A DNA stretch of 64,000 nt from Podarcis cretensis (GCA_951804945.1 OX638153.1:45446001-45510000), one strand, 5' to 3'; shown: positions 12,922 through 25,476, counted from the stretch's first letter. Numbers and translations are program-made. The notes: generated from the letters alone by a model not told the origin.

Positions 12922-15542
12922 TAAAAGCTTCTATCCCTCTAGAAGCCAAGAACACAGTCCTCAAAGCTCCCCATCTTCCCAACCACTGCCAGAAATGGAT
13001 GAGGCTGAACAAAACTATCAGGAGTCAATGTTAACTATCCTTAGGATGTATCTACACAGAGGTTTGAAAGAGAATGAGAACTAAAAGTGCACCTACCCTG
13101 CCCTCTACAGATCACAAATACCAGTTACTTATCTGCACCTTTGATATGTCTTCACCCACACAGCAGATGGAACAATTGTACGGCCAGTATGAAGCATACA
13201 GTCAGGAGGGCATGATGCACACTTCCATTACATATATTTTTCCAAGCACCTGCCTTTCCACTTCCCGCATGTAGTTTTGTGTTAATGAACTGTATCAACA
13301 GAGCAGGCAGCTCTTCTGTACATCTGCCACAGTGTACATTCCTCTGGGAAGAATGCCCAGCCTGGTTCCTTCCTACAGAATTCCACAGGCCCAGGATGCT
13401 GAAGCAGCTGCATGCTTTTCTCTTGAGTAATTCATGCCACATTATGAAGACATTTGTCCGAGTGCAGCTGAAGCGTGAGTAGCAACATTCATAATAGCTG
13501 GGAACATTTCTCACTCCTGATTTCTCACTTCACGTAATCAATACAGCAGGACTTGGGTAAGCCAACAGTGACATTCCCTTCTGGGGAACTTTCCCAGATG
13601 TGGTGGGTGGGTCTGGAACGAGAAGTAGGCAATGAATGTGGTTTTTAGCTTTGAACAGTAGGCTAGTTTTACCTACATTCACAATTCCCCCATCCAGGTA
13701 AGCGAGACAAGAAACCTCATCAGGGTTCAAGGGCACATTCAAGCCAGGCAAAAACACCCAATGATGGTATGGCTTGAGAGGGTGGCTGTCCAGGGAAGAG
13801 TCCAAAGGGGTGGACAGAGAGGCCCAGAGGGCCACATTTCACCCCAACACTTGAGGTTCCCCATCCCTGCAATAGAGAAATGAAGGTCATATATATGCTG
13901 TAGGCTAGAATCTCTGAGGCTCTGGTCTTCCATTCTCATGGCCTTCAGTGTCTGAGAAGGTGCTGATTTTGCCACACATCAGGCTCAGTAAGGGAAATGT
14001 AACGCAGTCCTAAACACATTTACTGATAAAGTAAGTTCCATGGAGTTAAATGGCACCTACTGCCAAGGAAGTGTACACAGGAGTACAGCTTTGAATGCCA
14101 TCCATGATGAGTGCTATCATCAATAAAGAGATATAAAAGTCTTGTTCTCGGTTAGAGCATCCCACTTCTGATTGCAGAGCTGGCCTCATAACTGACAGCT
14201 CCACACCAAAAGTTCCTGGACAGAGAAAAACAATGTCAGTAGGAGAAGGATTCTAGTCTTAGTTTTCCCTTCAGCTGCTTTTCTGTATGTAGAGATTATT
14301 TTCCTAATGGAGCAACATTCAGTCACTGGAACCTCACCAGATGTGCCTAAACACAAGTTTACTACCTCAAGTTAGACAAGTGTGACAATGCCAAGAATCT
14401 GACTAAAATGGTCCGAAATGGACAATGGTCTTTCAATTTGCTGCTAACTTTAACCAAAATGGTTCTCTTCTCCCTTTCCCAATCCACGAAGACTTGCACG
14501 CTGCAGCAGCAGAAGGCATAGTCATTTGGCTCCGAAATTAGGAAACCCAACACCAGCTCTTTCGTCTTGGCGTCCAGCCACCAGAAGATAGTTCTCAGTG
14601 TGTCAGGCTATTCTTAGAAGAGTTAAACAATGTGATTAGACAGCGGCAGTCTGGTCGTGGGAGCCTGTGTTTCCTCCAAGACAATGAAAGTGAACACAAA
14701 CGTGTGTGTTTTTCAGGATGAAGGTGAACAGAACTCATGACATTCCCAGAATGGCATGTGCGCAAAACACTATAGAGGAAACCTTCTTCAGAAGTGCTGG
14801 GCACAGACTTTACTCTGGGAATTGTGGTTGCATGCCAAACACTTTCCCCCCTTTAAAAAATCTCAACTATCACTTGGACAGGCTTTGAAGCAACCCCTCC
14901 CTTGCATAAGAAAGTGCTACTCTTAAGGATACAAAAGGTGGACATAATATAAAAAGAAAACCCAGGGTGGATTCCTAAGCCCAGCTTTGTAACTGAGATG
15001 ACAGGTGTGCATGCCAGTGAATGAAACGTTGGCTCAGGCACCTGTGCTGCCCCACCTCCTATACTTCAGGCAGACTCTGAGCCCCTTAAATAAAATATTT
15101 TAACGAAAACAAAAATGGGCGACCAGTGGCACTCTAGGTGTTGTTGGGCTACAACTCCCTTTGTCTCTGACTAATGGCCAAGCTGGCAGGGGTTTATGGG
15201 AATTGGAGTCTGGCGACAAGGTCCTTTCCTGCAATACTGGATGCTACCATTTCAGCTCTTGAACTTGAACAAAGCAGCTCCTCTGCTTTACACGTGTCCT
15301 TCACTCCAAGGACAATGCCTGCATGGGCAACTGAACTCAGAGAAACCACAAGAATGGAAGGCAATCTAAAAATATAACCTCCCCATTCTCTGGTTAAGAA
15401 TTGGGTCACTTCTGCACTGATTTCTTAGGAAAGTGACCTAGAGACAAAGTGACCTCCCTTTGTGGGCTTTCTTCCAGGAAACAGAAAAACACCAGCCAGC
15501 ACAGGAAGCAGGTCCCAGGCCAAGTGGTATGTGGCACAGATG

Positions 15543-15548
15543 TTTATT
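15543..15548 (-). terminator. Candidate polyadenylation signal of LHPP
   Basis: AATAAA on - about 315 nt after the stop, followed by a GU/U-rich tract (gctggtgtttttctgtttcc on -). Confidence 0.65.
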
Positions 15549-15863
15549 CAGTGATAGGACATGGTTAGACGTACCCAAAACAGTTACGATACAAAAGATT
15601 CAGAAGGGTGGCTGCTATAAGGATGCACTAGACTTCATGACTTTTCGCTGTAGTCAGTATTTCACTGTAGTTACTTGCAAAGACAAGTTAGAAAAACTAG
15701 ACTTTTGAGGCATGTATGTAGTGCTCCTCACTGCAACACAATTACTGCATTTAAAAACTAGGTGAATATATGTAAATGAGCTGAGCAGAGATGTGCACAA
15801 AAGGTCACAGACCTCAAGTTAAGTCACCCCTCTTTATGCCTTCAGTCACTCCTTGCAGCTCCA

Positions 15864-15960
15864 TTACTTATGCAGTTGTTTTAGAATCACATCCACAGCT
15901 TCTGCAAGGTTGTTCACATAACCATCAGCCTTCACTTCTGGGTGGTGCTCATCACAAGGC
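15864..15960 (-). CDS. LHPP: LHPP (phospholysine phosphohistidine inorganic pyrophosphate phosphatase), last coding exon
   Basis: Acceptor cttttgtctcttccccag|G on -, phase 2. Encodes (R)PCDEHHPEVKADGYVNNLAEAVDVILKQLHK*, against human RPSDEHHPEVKADGYVDNLAEAVDLLLQHADK as I recall it. Translated by hand, not in the ORF track. Confidence 0.97.
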
Positions 15961-16195
15961 CTGGGGAAGAGACAAAAGACAGAATGAATGGATGATGTCT
16001 TTCAACCAGGTGCATATACATAAATGGTGAGCAACACAGTCTGAGGATTTGTGAACCAGATTCCCCAGGGCTTTTAAAGCCATCGGTAATTCAGCCCCCA
16101 GTTCACTATGAGTTGGTGTCTATGCAACTTTATATAAACAGAATTCCATGTCATTAAACAAGGATGAATAAAAGGTTTGGAGATCTTCCAGCTCT

Positions 16196-16318
16196 GAAGT
16201 GGGGAATCTGTGACCCTCAATTGGACTCCAATTCCCACCAGCTCTAGCCAGCTTGGCCAATGGTCAGGGATGATGAGAGCCCAACAATATCTGAAGACCA
16301 CAAGTTTCCTAAACCTGT
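16196..16318. mobile_element. Short (~130 bp) hAT-type MITE, degenerate
   Basis: Similar to 17871-17994 (ggggaa...ggactccaa.tccca.cagc...ggccaatggtcagggatgatg...). Confidence 0.7.
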
Positions 16319-17870
16319 TAGACCATTTCAATAATGAACATCCCTGTATTTAATGAATACAAAGAAGGGGACATAATATTTATGTAGCAATGCCCCTAAA
16401 TACAACCAAAAAGCCCCCAAAAGTTCAGATGACTTGTTTCTGGGTCTACAACAAAGTTTGTTTAATCATGTCCTGTCAACTTCGTAGCCGTTTAGTTGTA
16501 GCATCTTGGACTAAGGGCCAGATCTCTCATTACTGTTCCTTATTTTTTTGCTGATTCACACGCCTCTGTATCTCTTTCCCCAGATATCAGATGTATATTT
16601 TGGCTGTGGTGTCTGCAGCAAGAGTATTGGGCCTCATCCAAGATGGGAATTAGAGCTGGATGCATGTCCAGGGACACTGACTGGGTCCTGTGGGGATGTC
16701 AGGGACAGTCATGAGAACACAGTCGTGCAAATAGCTTTAGTCATTCTCCAACTCCTCTTTTCAACCGTGTAAATGGCACAACTATATTTATTGAAGGGTA
16801 TTTCCTCAATCTGTGAACAAATGTTTGCCAGAGGATGTGTGCAGGTTACAGCACCCACTTGTAATACATGTCAGAACATGAAATATATTTCGGTTCCTGA
16901 GGTGAGAACTCCTAAGGCCTTGTTCCTCTGATCATAGTTCTGAAGTCCTCTTACTTTATTGAGAGAATTAAATTCCTTACAAAGCCCCTGAGGACTATCC
17001 TTCATTGGTAATCTATAAAAATACCAGCCCACAAGATTAGAAATGCTGATATCAAGCTTTGCAGAAGAAGAAAAAAAATGGAATGTTCCAAAGAGGATTG
17101 TTTTTTGTGTGTTTGCCAAGGAAAGATGAAGCTACATGAAGAAGTCTCCATCTTTTCTTCACTGCATTATAATGCCTGAGGTAAAAATTAGAGCCTTGTT
17201 GCCTAATTTCTCTCTGTGCTACGATCAGCCATGTATCTGTGCATTTAACAGCTTATGGGAAGCAGGGACTCATGTAATACCATAGCAGAATCATTTGAGA
17301 AGAGGAATTCTCATTCTTCATATATTATGGAAGTTGCTGCAGCAGCATTGCTTGAGTTCCCACCTCACACAAGTAGACCACTCAGATGGTCTGGTCAAAA
17401 TAAATAAAACCAGGGCTTCAAAACATTTAGGGTATCCTTCATAGATGCAAGACCACAAGTGTGCTGTATTCAGTTGCCTCCCAACTTGTGGAAGATGAAA
17501 AAAATGGGCATGGGTGGGGTAGGGTTACTGCACTTGCCCTCAGTGACTTCTTTCATGTTGCAACTTCTCTCTTTTGTAATGCCTGAAGAGGGCTTATGTG
17601 GCACCCTAATTTTGTAATGTTTTGCAGTTTCAGGGGCTCCAGCTCTTATCCCATTAGCTCTACTGGCCACAAAGTCTTCCTTGCTCCATACCATGTAAAG
17701 AAACATAGATTTTATGATTTCTGTATGTACAATTTTGTAATAGGAATATTTTTTTTAATAGAAAGAAAAGAAACACAGATGTGTAGATGCCCCCTCTACA
17801 AAATGGAAACACACACATATACGGACACTTTGTGCGTGCATCAGACACACATAGGGTTCTATGTTTAGAT

Positions 17871-17994
17871 CAGAGATGGGAAACGTGCTGTCGGACTCCA
17901 ACTCCCATCAGCCCCAGCCAGCAAAGATAATGGCCTGGCACTATGGGAGTGATAGGCAAACAACATCTGGAGGCTTATAGGTTCCCCATCCTAC
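17871..17994. mobile_element. Short hAT-type MITE
   Basis: TIR-like ends cagagatgggaaac / gttccccatcctac. Perfect 8-bp TSD GTTTAGAT at 17863-17870 and 17995-18002. Confidence 0.88.
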
Positions 17995-18620
17995 GTTTAG
18001 ATGGAGAATGTGACTCACCATGGTGTCCCTCTGTCTTAACAGCAGTAATTTCACAGTTGGGATGTTGTAGCAAATAGTCATAACCTAATACCTTTTAACC
18101 TTGAGCTCAGAAAATTTTATTATTGTTGATACATAGGCCCATCTGGTAATCTGTTGTTTGTTTTGCAGTTTCCTTTGTAGAGCTCGAAAATAAAGTCCAG
18201 TGTGCAAAGGAATGTGTTTTCTTTCCTTTTTCTGCACATCAGTGTTTAGTGAGCTGCCAGAACCTCACCAGCAAATGACAAGAACAAATGGTTCCCATGC
18301 CAACTGATTTTTTTTTAAAAAAATAATTCAATGGGAAGAAAATTGTTGCTGCCATATTGAAACATTTGTTTTTGTTCACAGCGTGAGACAAATTCAAAGA
18401 CATGGCTGTTTTATTTTGAATACCTTTCAGATTAAATCCCCAACACCATATTTCTTTACCAAAGTCATTTTTATGCTACATACAAGCTACGCACCAAAGC
18501 CTTCTGATGTGGAAACTTGGTAGACCAGCAAATTCAAATATATGAATGGAAGAAAACATTACCCTTAAGCTGGATAATTGAAGTTGCAAGCAGGCTTCAA
18601 GCGCATAAATTGGTGAAGTA

Positions 18621-18747
18621 CAGGAAGAGTGGGGAACCTCCAGATATTGTTGGATTCCAGGAGCCCCAGCCAGCATGCCCAGTGGGTCAGGGATGATGGG
18701 AGTTGGAATTCAGCAGCCTCTGGAAGGCAACCATTTCCCCATCCCTG
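18621..18747. mobile_element. Short hAT-type MITE, same family
   Basis: agccccagccagcatg...gtcagggatgatgggagttg...ttccccatccctg. Confidence 0.75.
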
Positions 18748-19070
18748 AACTGCCATCCCATCCCTTATGAAAGGGAACAAAGTAGGAATATTTACAAATG
18801 GAAATTACCCAACCATAGCAACAAAATATTAGTTAGCCCACTGGTGCTCAGTTGGTGGATCATGAACATCAGCAGGTGCAGTATATTATCACCGGACATG
18901 ATAAAAAATAATTAAGAGATGTGGCCTCAAATGCACATTTGAGTTAAAGGTTGGATCTGAAAGTGTTGAAGATTGCTGATTTGTCCATGTTGGGAATGGC
19001 AGTAAGGGAAATATATGTTGTATTCTTTCATTTGAAAACCGAAAGCTGTGCCAAAGTTTTAAATATTGTA

Positions 19071-19108
<38 letters not shown>
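19071..19108. repeat. (AAT)n microsatellite
   Basis: About 12 units. Explains the poly-N and poly-L ORFs in the track. Confidence 0.98.
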
Positions 19109-19110
<2 letters not shown>

Positions 19111-19346
19111 CCCAGTCCACTTTATCAGCTATATCACCAGTTGGATCAAGAATGGAGTTTTGAGGTAAACCAGCTACTTGATGGCATATCAGGGAATTTT
19201 CAAATACATTTATTTTCATACTGTGTAAAGTACCCAAGGCTCCCTTTATATGACCATGACAATCCCATGGTAATGGCTAAGCGCAATTTTCTTCATTTAC
19301 TTTTAGATTATTTTGTAATATTTGTGCTTTTTTGGAGCTATTTAGC

Positions 19347-19651
19347 TGTCAGGGTCACGCCCAGCAGAGAGGAATCTCCAGAGGAGGAGGAACTGGCTGC
19401 ACCTGAGTCTCCAAGAAGTAGGAAGGGGAGCAAGCGATTAGAGCAGAGGTGGACCAGCAGGAGGCAGGGGAGGACATGGCGTATATTTGGCCTTGGGAGG
19501 GGTCAGAAGCCAGTCGAGTCAACTGACTCTGACGGCGAAGGATGAATTGTGGAAGCTTGGACTGCTGTAAGCCTGTTGTTGAGAAATAAACCTCAGCTAC
19601 TTAAAATCCCAGCATTCTGTGTCTTGTGTGGGACAAGCACTAAACCTGACA
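19347..19651 (+). mobile_element. Solo LTR (Gypsy/Ty3-like), 305 bp
   Basis: TGTCAGG...CCTGACA inverted termini, AATAAA at 19585-19590, 5-bp TSD ttagc/ctagc (one mismatch). Confidence 0.8.
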
Positions 19652-20687
19652 CTAGCTAAAGGAAAAGTAATTGTTCGTTCCATTAGAGACATTTTCAAAG
19701 GCGGCTCATATCTTCATAGTCAGGACCAAGAAGTAAACTTCATTTACAGGCTCTACATTCTTCCTAAAGCAGAATAATTTAAATTTCTAAAAGGTGCGCC
19801 TCTATTTCTTGGATAACAGCCAAAAACCTTCAGACAAACAAGTCTGCAGAAAATATCTGTGTAAATGCAACCTTGGACAAAGGGTAATTCTGACAAACAA
19901 GTCTGCAGAAAGTAACTGTAAAGGCAATCTTGGACAAAGAGAAATTCAGTTGTTAATTCTTCTGAGATAGTTTGCTATATTCTGGATTCGCGAAGAATGT
20001 CATCACATGTAAAAACCCTATGGCCAGTTTGCACAATTCTATGGTAATGTCACTTTTCAATAGACTGAATAAGTTTTCCTCAGGAAAACAGAAATGGGTC
20101 TGCAGGGGAGCTATTTCATGAGTAAAGAATGGGGCCTTGGTTTTTTAATGATGTAGTAAGAAATATGAAGATAGGAATGCATACACTTTCATAAGAAATA
20201 TATCAAGGTAGCATACAACAGAAGAACAAAATACATTAAAGCAGCATATAACATGTCAATAAAAAATGGTTGCTAAAAAAAAAATCAAATTCCAAAGGTC
20301 TGTCAGAGCAGTGCAGTTTTTTAAAAAATGTCTGAAAGAAATCAGGGATGTCTCCAATCTTTCACACTGCAGGCTCATTGCCTGGCAAATACTGACTGAA
20401 CATCAGGGACCGCCAAAAGTGTACCACCAGTGATCTCAGTAATATGAATATACAGGAAATATTTTGTGTGTGTTGTACTCTCATAAGGCATGCCCAGCAA
20501 ATAGGTGTATGTACAATCCTACTTTGGCTATTAATGCCCTGCGTAAATACAGGAAGTACAGCTCCCTTTCACATGCTGTATCGTGAAAGCCAATAATGTT
20601 TGTTTCAACCTGCTCTTGACATTCTAAAGTGACTGATGGGAGGGATATTATCCTGTACCACCCACAGAGTTTCCTTATCCACACGTG

Positions 20688-21043
20688 AAGGTAAAGGTAA
20701 AGGGGCCCCTGACCATTAGGTCCAGTCGTGGCCGACTCTGGGGTTGCGGCGCTCATCTCACTTTATTGGCCGAGGGAGCCGACGTATAGCTTCCAGGTCA
20801 TGTGGCCAGCATGACTAAGCCGCTTCTGGCGAACCAGAGCAGCGCACGGAAACGCCGTTTACCTTTCCGCCAGAGCGGTACCTATTTATCTACTTGCACT
20901 TTGAGGTGCTTTCGAACTGCTAGGTTGGCAGGAGCAGGGACCAAGCAATGGGAGCTCACCCTATCACGGGGATTCGAACCGCCGACCTTCTGATCGGCAA
21001 TCCCTAGGCTCTGTGGTTTAACCCACAGCGCCACCCGCGTCCC
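20688..21043 (-). mobile_element. Sauria SINE (Squam1), full length
   Basis: On -: tRNA-like head gggacgcgggtggcgctgtgggttaaacc...ggttcgaatccc and (TTTACC)n tail. Close relative at 55190-55540. Confidence 0.95.
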
Positions 21044-22840
21044 TTCACAAGTACTTGCACATAAATTTCTTTCTTTTTTATACTCCGCCCTCCTGCGTAT
21101 AAATACCCAGGTTTTACTCACTCACTCCAAGTTGGAGTCAAGGTAAGAACCCCACTGTTCAAATGTATAAATACACAGACATCTCCTAACATTACTGGTT
21201 TGTTGGATGTCCCTGCACTTTTAATCTGTATAAAGGTTGGGAGCAGACAGGTAAAAACAACAAAGACAGAATGCTACCAAAAGAAGGGCAGATGTATACT
21301 GCAGCAAGAGTGCAATGGCTAATGATAGCTAGCTTTCTTGGCTGTCATGTTGATGAAGGCCCCAGAGAGCATTAGCATTAAAAGCTGATAAAAACACAGC
21401 TACTGCAGCGATAAAGGCCATATAAATAGGAATTTGTTTACGCATGGAGGGCATGGGCCAGGGTGGATCCATGTGTGTGTTAACTAGAATCTGTTAAAAT
21501 CCTGGTGCATTCAAGCAACTCTTGGCAGATTTGTTATTACATTCCTGTGCCTACAGAGTACATTAACACACCACATAGATGCAGTTTATGCTGGACAGAC
21601 TATGCAGCTGGAAAGCGGGCTTAACTGAACAGATTCTCCCACAAACCACCAGAAAAGCAACGTAATTTATTTCCTTCATAAATAGAGAAAGCGAAGAAAT
21701 GTCAGGAAACTGCAGTCTCGAGCTCTCTTTTTCTGTTGCCCTCTCCCTCCATACCCCTGGGCAAGGCAGCATGCTCACATGTAGAAGCGCCGACCAAAGA
21801 CAGTAGGCTTTAAGTTAAGAGACCCATGAGAGGCTTTCCTTTCTCCTGTTAACACATACAGAGCGGATCAAGCTTCCCTCTTCCTTCAGCCTGACTTTGG
21901 CAAGACACATCTCTGCAACTCCATCTGAATCTTTCACCACACACCCGGCAACTTGAACGAGGTGGGTTGGGCTTCGAGCCACTGCACATGTGTGCTGAAG
22001 AGGGCTCTGGGAAGGGCTGGCACGAAGCCTAGTGGACAGTATTGACTTATAACCATGTTCCAGCTCCTTTGTTGTGGCTTCCAGTTGACAGAGGACTTTT
22101 AACAACACGGCTAAATCGTTAAGAATCTGGCTCTGGTGCATCCCTGATGAACATTAAAACGTTAATAATGTTGAGATAAAGATCACTGGGGAAGGTTTCT
22201 TGCTCAACTTGCTTGTATATAAAATAAAAATGTGAATTGTAGCATGATTTTTTTTTTTAAAAAAAGTCATTCTGTTGTTTGGGAGCCCAGCCAGTTTCCT
22301 GTAGCAATTGAGAACCTCAGTTATTCCAAAGCTGTCCCATGTGCTCTAGAGTAAATACACATAACTTCGCAGGGTGAGAGCAAGGTAAACAGCAAACTAT
22401 CTGGTTCCTATCCTCCTGTCACATGTTAGTGTCTTTATTACTAAGGCTGCAGTCCTATGCATACTTTGGAATAAGTCCCATTGAACTCTGTGGAGCTTAC
22501 TTCTGAGTAAACATGCACAGGACGAGGCTGTCTATCACGCTACTTGACTATATTTAAGTTTCAAGTCTTTTTGTCTTTTCAATGTCTGTGTGTCTCCCAA
22601 GATCTGGTTATGCATTTTAAAGAAAGAAAGAAAGAAAATAAATAAATAAGGTGCAATACAAAGTAAAGTAAAGACAAACTATATTTGTGGAAATAAGTCT
22701 TTGAAGAATTATTTATAAAACGGCAGGGTTGGCAAACATGCATGCATTTGTGCATATAGAGAGAAGGGAGAGTGGAACCTTGCCCCAAGTATTCCATTCC
22801 TGACATGAGCAGCCAAGGAAGGAACATTACATATAAAAGG

Positions 22841-23214
22841 CTGGGTCTCTGACAAATTATTGCACATAATGTATGTAAACAGAAGATTGAAATCTGACAA
22901 GGAAAGAAAGAAAGAAAGAAAAACTTTAAAGGAACCAGCATTGAGAAAGCTGTCATTAGTTAATTAATAGTTAAGTGATCAAACATTAATCGTTACGTGA
23001 TTAAACATTAATAATTTTATAGACAGTAGATTTCCAAATGCTTGGGAAGTTGTTTCTAGGATACTTCTTTTAGCCTTAAAGGGTAATACAGTCCGCCTTT
23101 CGGGAGGGAATAATTATTGCTGAAACTAATATTCAAATGGAATCACTAGCAGATTTTACAGATTTCAATCTTCTGTTTACATACATTATGTGCAATAATT
23201 TGTCAGAGACCCAG
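22841..23214. repeat. Perfect 56-bp inverted repeat with 262-bp spacer
   Basis: 22841-22896 is the exact reverse complement of 23159-23214. Confidence 0.97.
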
Positions 23215-24939
23215 GTCCCTGGGCAGGGCTTAAAGGTACATGAGGATGCCACCTTGCTGAAGCTAAATAGTTTTGTGTCTGCTCAGTGACTCCCTGGGAA
23301 CCACATACAATACAAAGTGGGAATTTCTTAAGCCATGTGTATTTGATTGTATTTCTTTATCACGCATCTCCACATCAGTGTAAATTTCATAGACCTTAGA
23401 TCTGAGCAGATGCACATAGAACAAGATGGGGGGGGGAGTAGAGGATTCAATGATGTGCTTGTGCATGCATAGATGTGCATGGTGCATGCTTTATATGCAA
23501 AAATAAAAATATTAATAATATTGTTTTTAAAAAGGGTTTTAGACAATGACATGTTGCTGTCAGCCACAAGAGCCTCATGAACTGAATTGCCATTTGTTAG
23601 CTTTTGCATGGTTCTATAACCAGGAGTCCCATGCCTTCTCTACTGGCATGCTAATGTTATATATTGCTTATGGACCTGGTAGCTTCCAAATTACAGAGAA
23701 AAGCTGTTTAGTCCATTCATCCATTTTGACAGGAGAAGCTCTTGCCAGCTGCTTAGGCCAACCTTCCAAATGTGCATTTCAGAGAGGAAGATCAGAAAGT
23801 CTGCCTAGCTGGAATGAAACAGGGAAGGCTATAATACCATCTAATAGGCTTTGTCTACCCTTTGGGATGATTCCTGAAATCTGTCACTTCATCTTAAGCA
23901 ACAAATTATTTGCGTTTAGGGATACGATTTTCTTATTTATTGATTTTCTCCCATTTGCCGATTCTTTTTGGTTTCTAAATCCTCTTCATACTATTAATCT
24001 AATTTGAATATGAGATACAGTTGGGGGTAGAGATGTTGAAAACACATAAACGATAAAATCAATACATTACAGTTAGATGGGACTCTAGGCTTTGGGTGTG
24101 AATGTAAAGATGCTGGTGGAAATCAAAGTGTTCCCATGCTGAGTTGGCTGGGAAGACTGTAATCAGAGGATTTGTATGTCTTACATATGGGTGCACTGAG
24201 CATTGCTGTTCTTTGTGTATAGCACAGCTGTTTTCAATAAAACTGCATCTCCATTATCCCCCTCTAACGGCAAATGTTCAAATGTCAACCCCTCTTGCCA
24301 GTTTACTGAAAAAAAACAGGGAAAGAGATTGTCACTGTGTTGTTAAATTTCAAGGGTAATATCCCTCTGTCTTCTTAGTTTTATTACCAATGAACAAGAT
24401 TATTCCTGCCTTCACCATGTGACCCTATTCAGACAGAAACAATTCAAGAACACCAAAGAGGAACATTCCCAGTAGGTACACAGAAAGTATATACTTTGAA
24501 GCTTCCAGGCCTAACTCCAAACAAGCAGCACCTTAAATATACCTACAGAATTAACAGGTAACAGACAAAGGACACAAACAACTCACTGGACTTAAAAAAA
24601 GTTAATTTCTAGTTCTTTGCCAAGCTAGCTAGAATGCTGTAGAACTCCCAGTTCGCATTGTGAATCACAACAACCAGACTACAGGTATGTGCATTAAATC
24701 TGCTAATGGGAATGGAGATAGGGATAGAAAAAGAAGACTGTTTTGGTCATTTCATTCTGGGATACATACAATGGAGGCTGGCCCACTAGGACAAGTAGGG
24801 CACTGTCCCACCAACCTCAGACTCTAACTTACAGACCTGTGGAAAGGATAGCAAAAATATGTAGTTTGTATAGTACATTGAACATTCAAAAGCATGATAG
24901 TAATGCCACCACCACCATCATCATAATCATCATCATCAA

Positions 24940-25140
24940 ATGCTGATTTGAGAACCGTCTCCAATAATATGGCAATAATTTGGGATTTGATGCTGGATAA
25001 AAGGGTCAACCTGGCATGGATTACAGAAACCTTTCTGGATGAATTAGGGGTCCCCGCTCTGACTCAGTTGTGCCATCACTTTTCTTCTGTGTAGCGTCAA
25101 TGGAAAGATTAAGAGGGGTGGGTGGGTGGGTGGTTGCTTT
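24940..25140 (+). mobile_element. Degenerate L2-type LINE endonuclease fragment
   Basis: Reads ...IWDLMLDKRVNLAWITETFLDELGVPALTQLC..., ending in a GGGVA-like motif, typical of the APE domain N-terminus. Confidence 0.7.
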
Positions 25141-25329
25141 TAAATAGAGACCAGGCTTGGCGATATTAATACATGAATATTCTGAAGACACACACTTAAA
25201 AATAGGAGAATTTCTCTCAAGGGCGCAAACATATTTGGGCGGCTGTTGTCATACACACACACAAACAAATGCCAAAAAGAGAGATCTGGACTGAATAATT
25301 CAGACCAGCATTACCACACATCAGAAAAT

Positions 25330-25476
25330 CCTAGTTTGAATCTCACCTCTGCCATGAACTCTCTAGGTGGCCACTCTGGTTCATCTGCAATATGAAGGAT
25401 CATAATACTGACTTTCCCTGTGAAAAGCACAACTAGAAAACGAACGCGAAACCCATGAAAACTTGAACTTGCTATA
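25330..25476 (+). mobile_element. Old MIR/CORE-like SINE remnant
   Basis: cctagtttgaatctcacctctgcc...catctgcaatatgaaggatcataatactgac. The MITE below is inserted at a TA in its tail. Confidence 0.5.

Noticed and set aside
16530-16772. Strong + strand acceptor (tctctttccccag at 16583) suggesting an antisense exon
   Set aside because: No convincing donor or recognisable product. Such pseudo-acceptors are common.
19141-19545. 134-aa ORF with hydrophobic and acidic segments
   Set aside because: It is a chimera of AT-rich flank and the solo LTR.
20950-21043. tRNA-like A/B boxes (also at about 43060-43140 and 55190-55275)
   Set aside because: These are SINE heads and not full cloverleaf tRNA genes.
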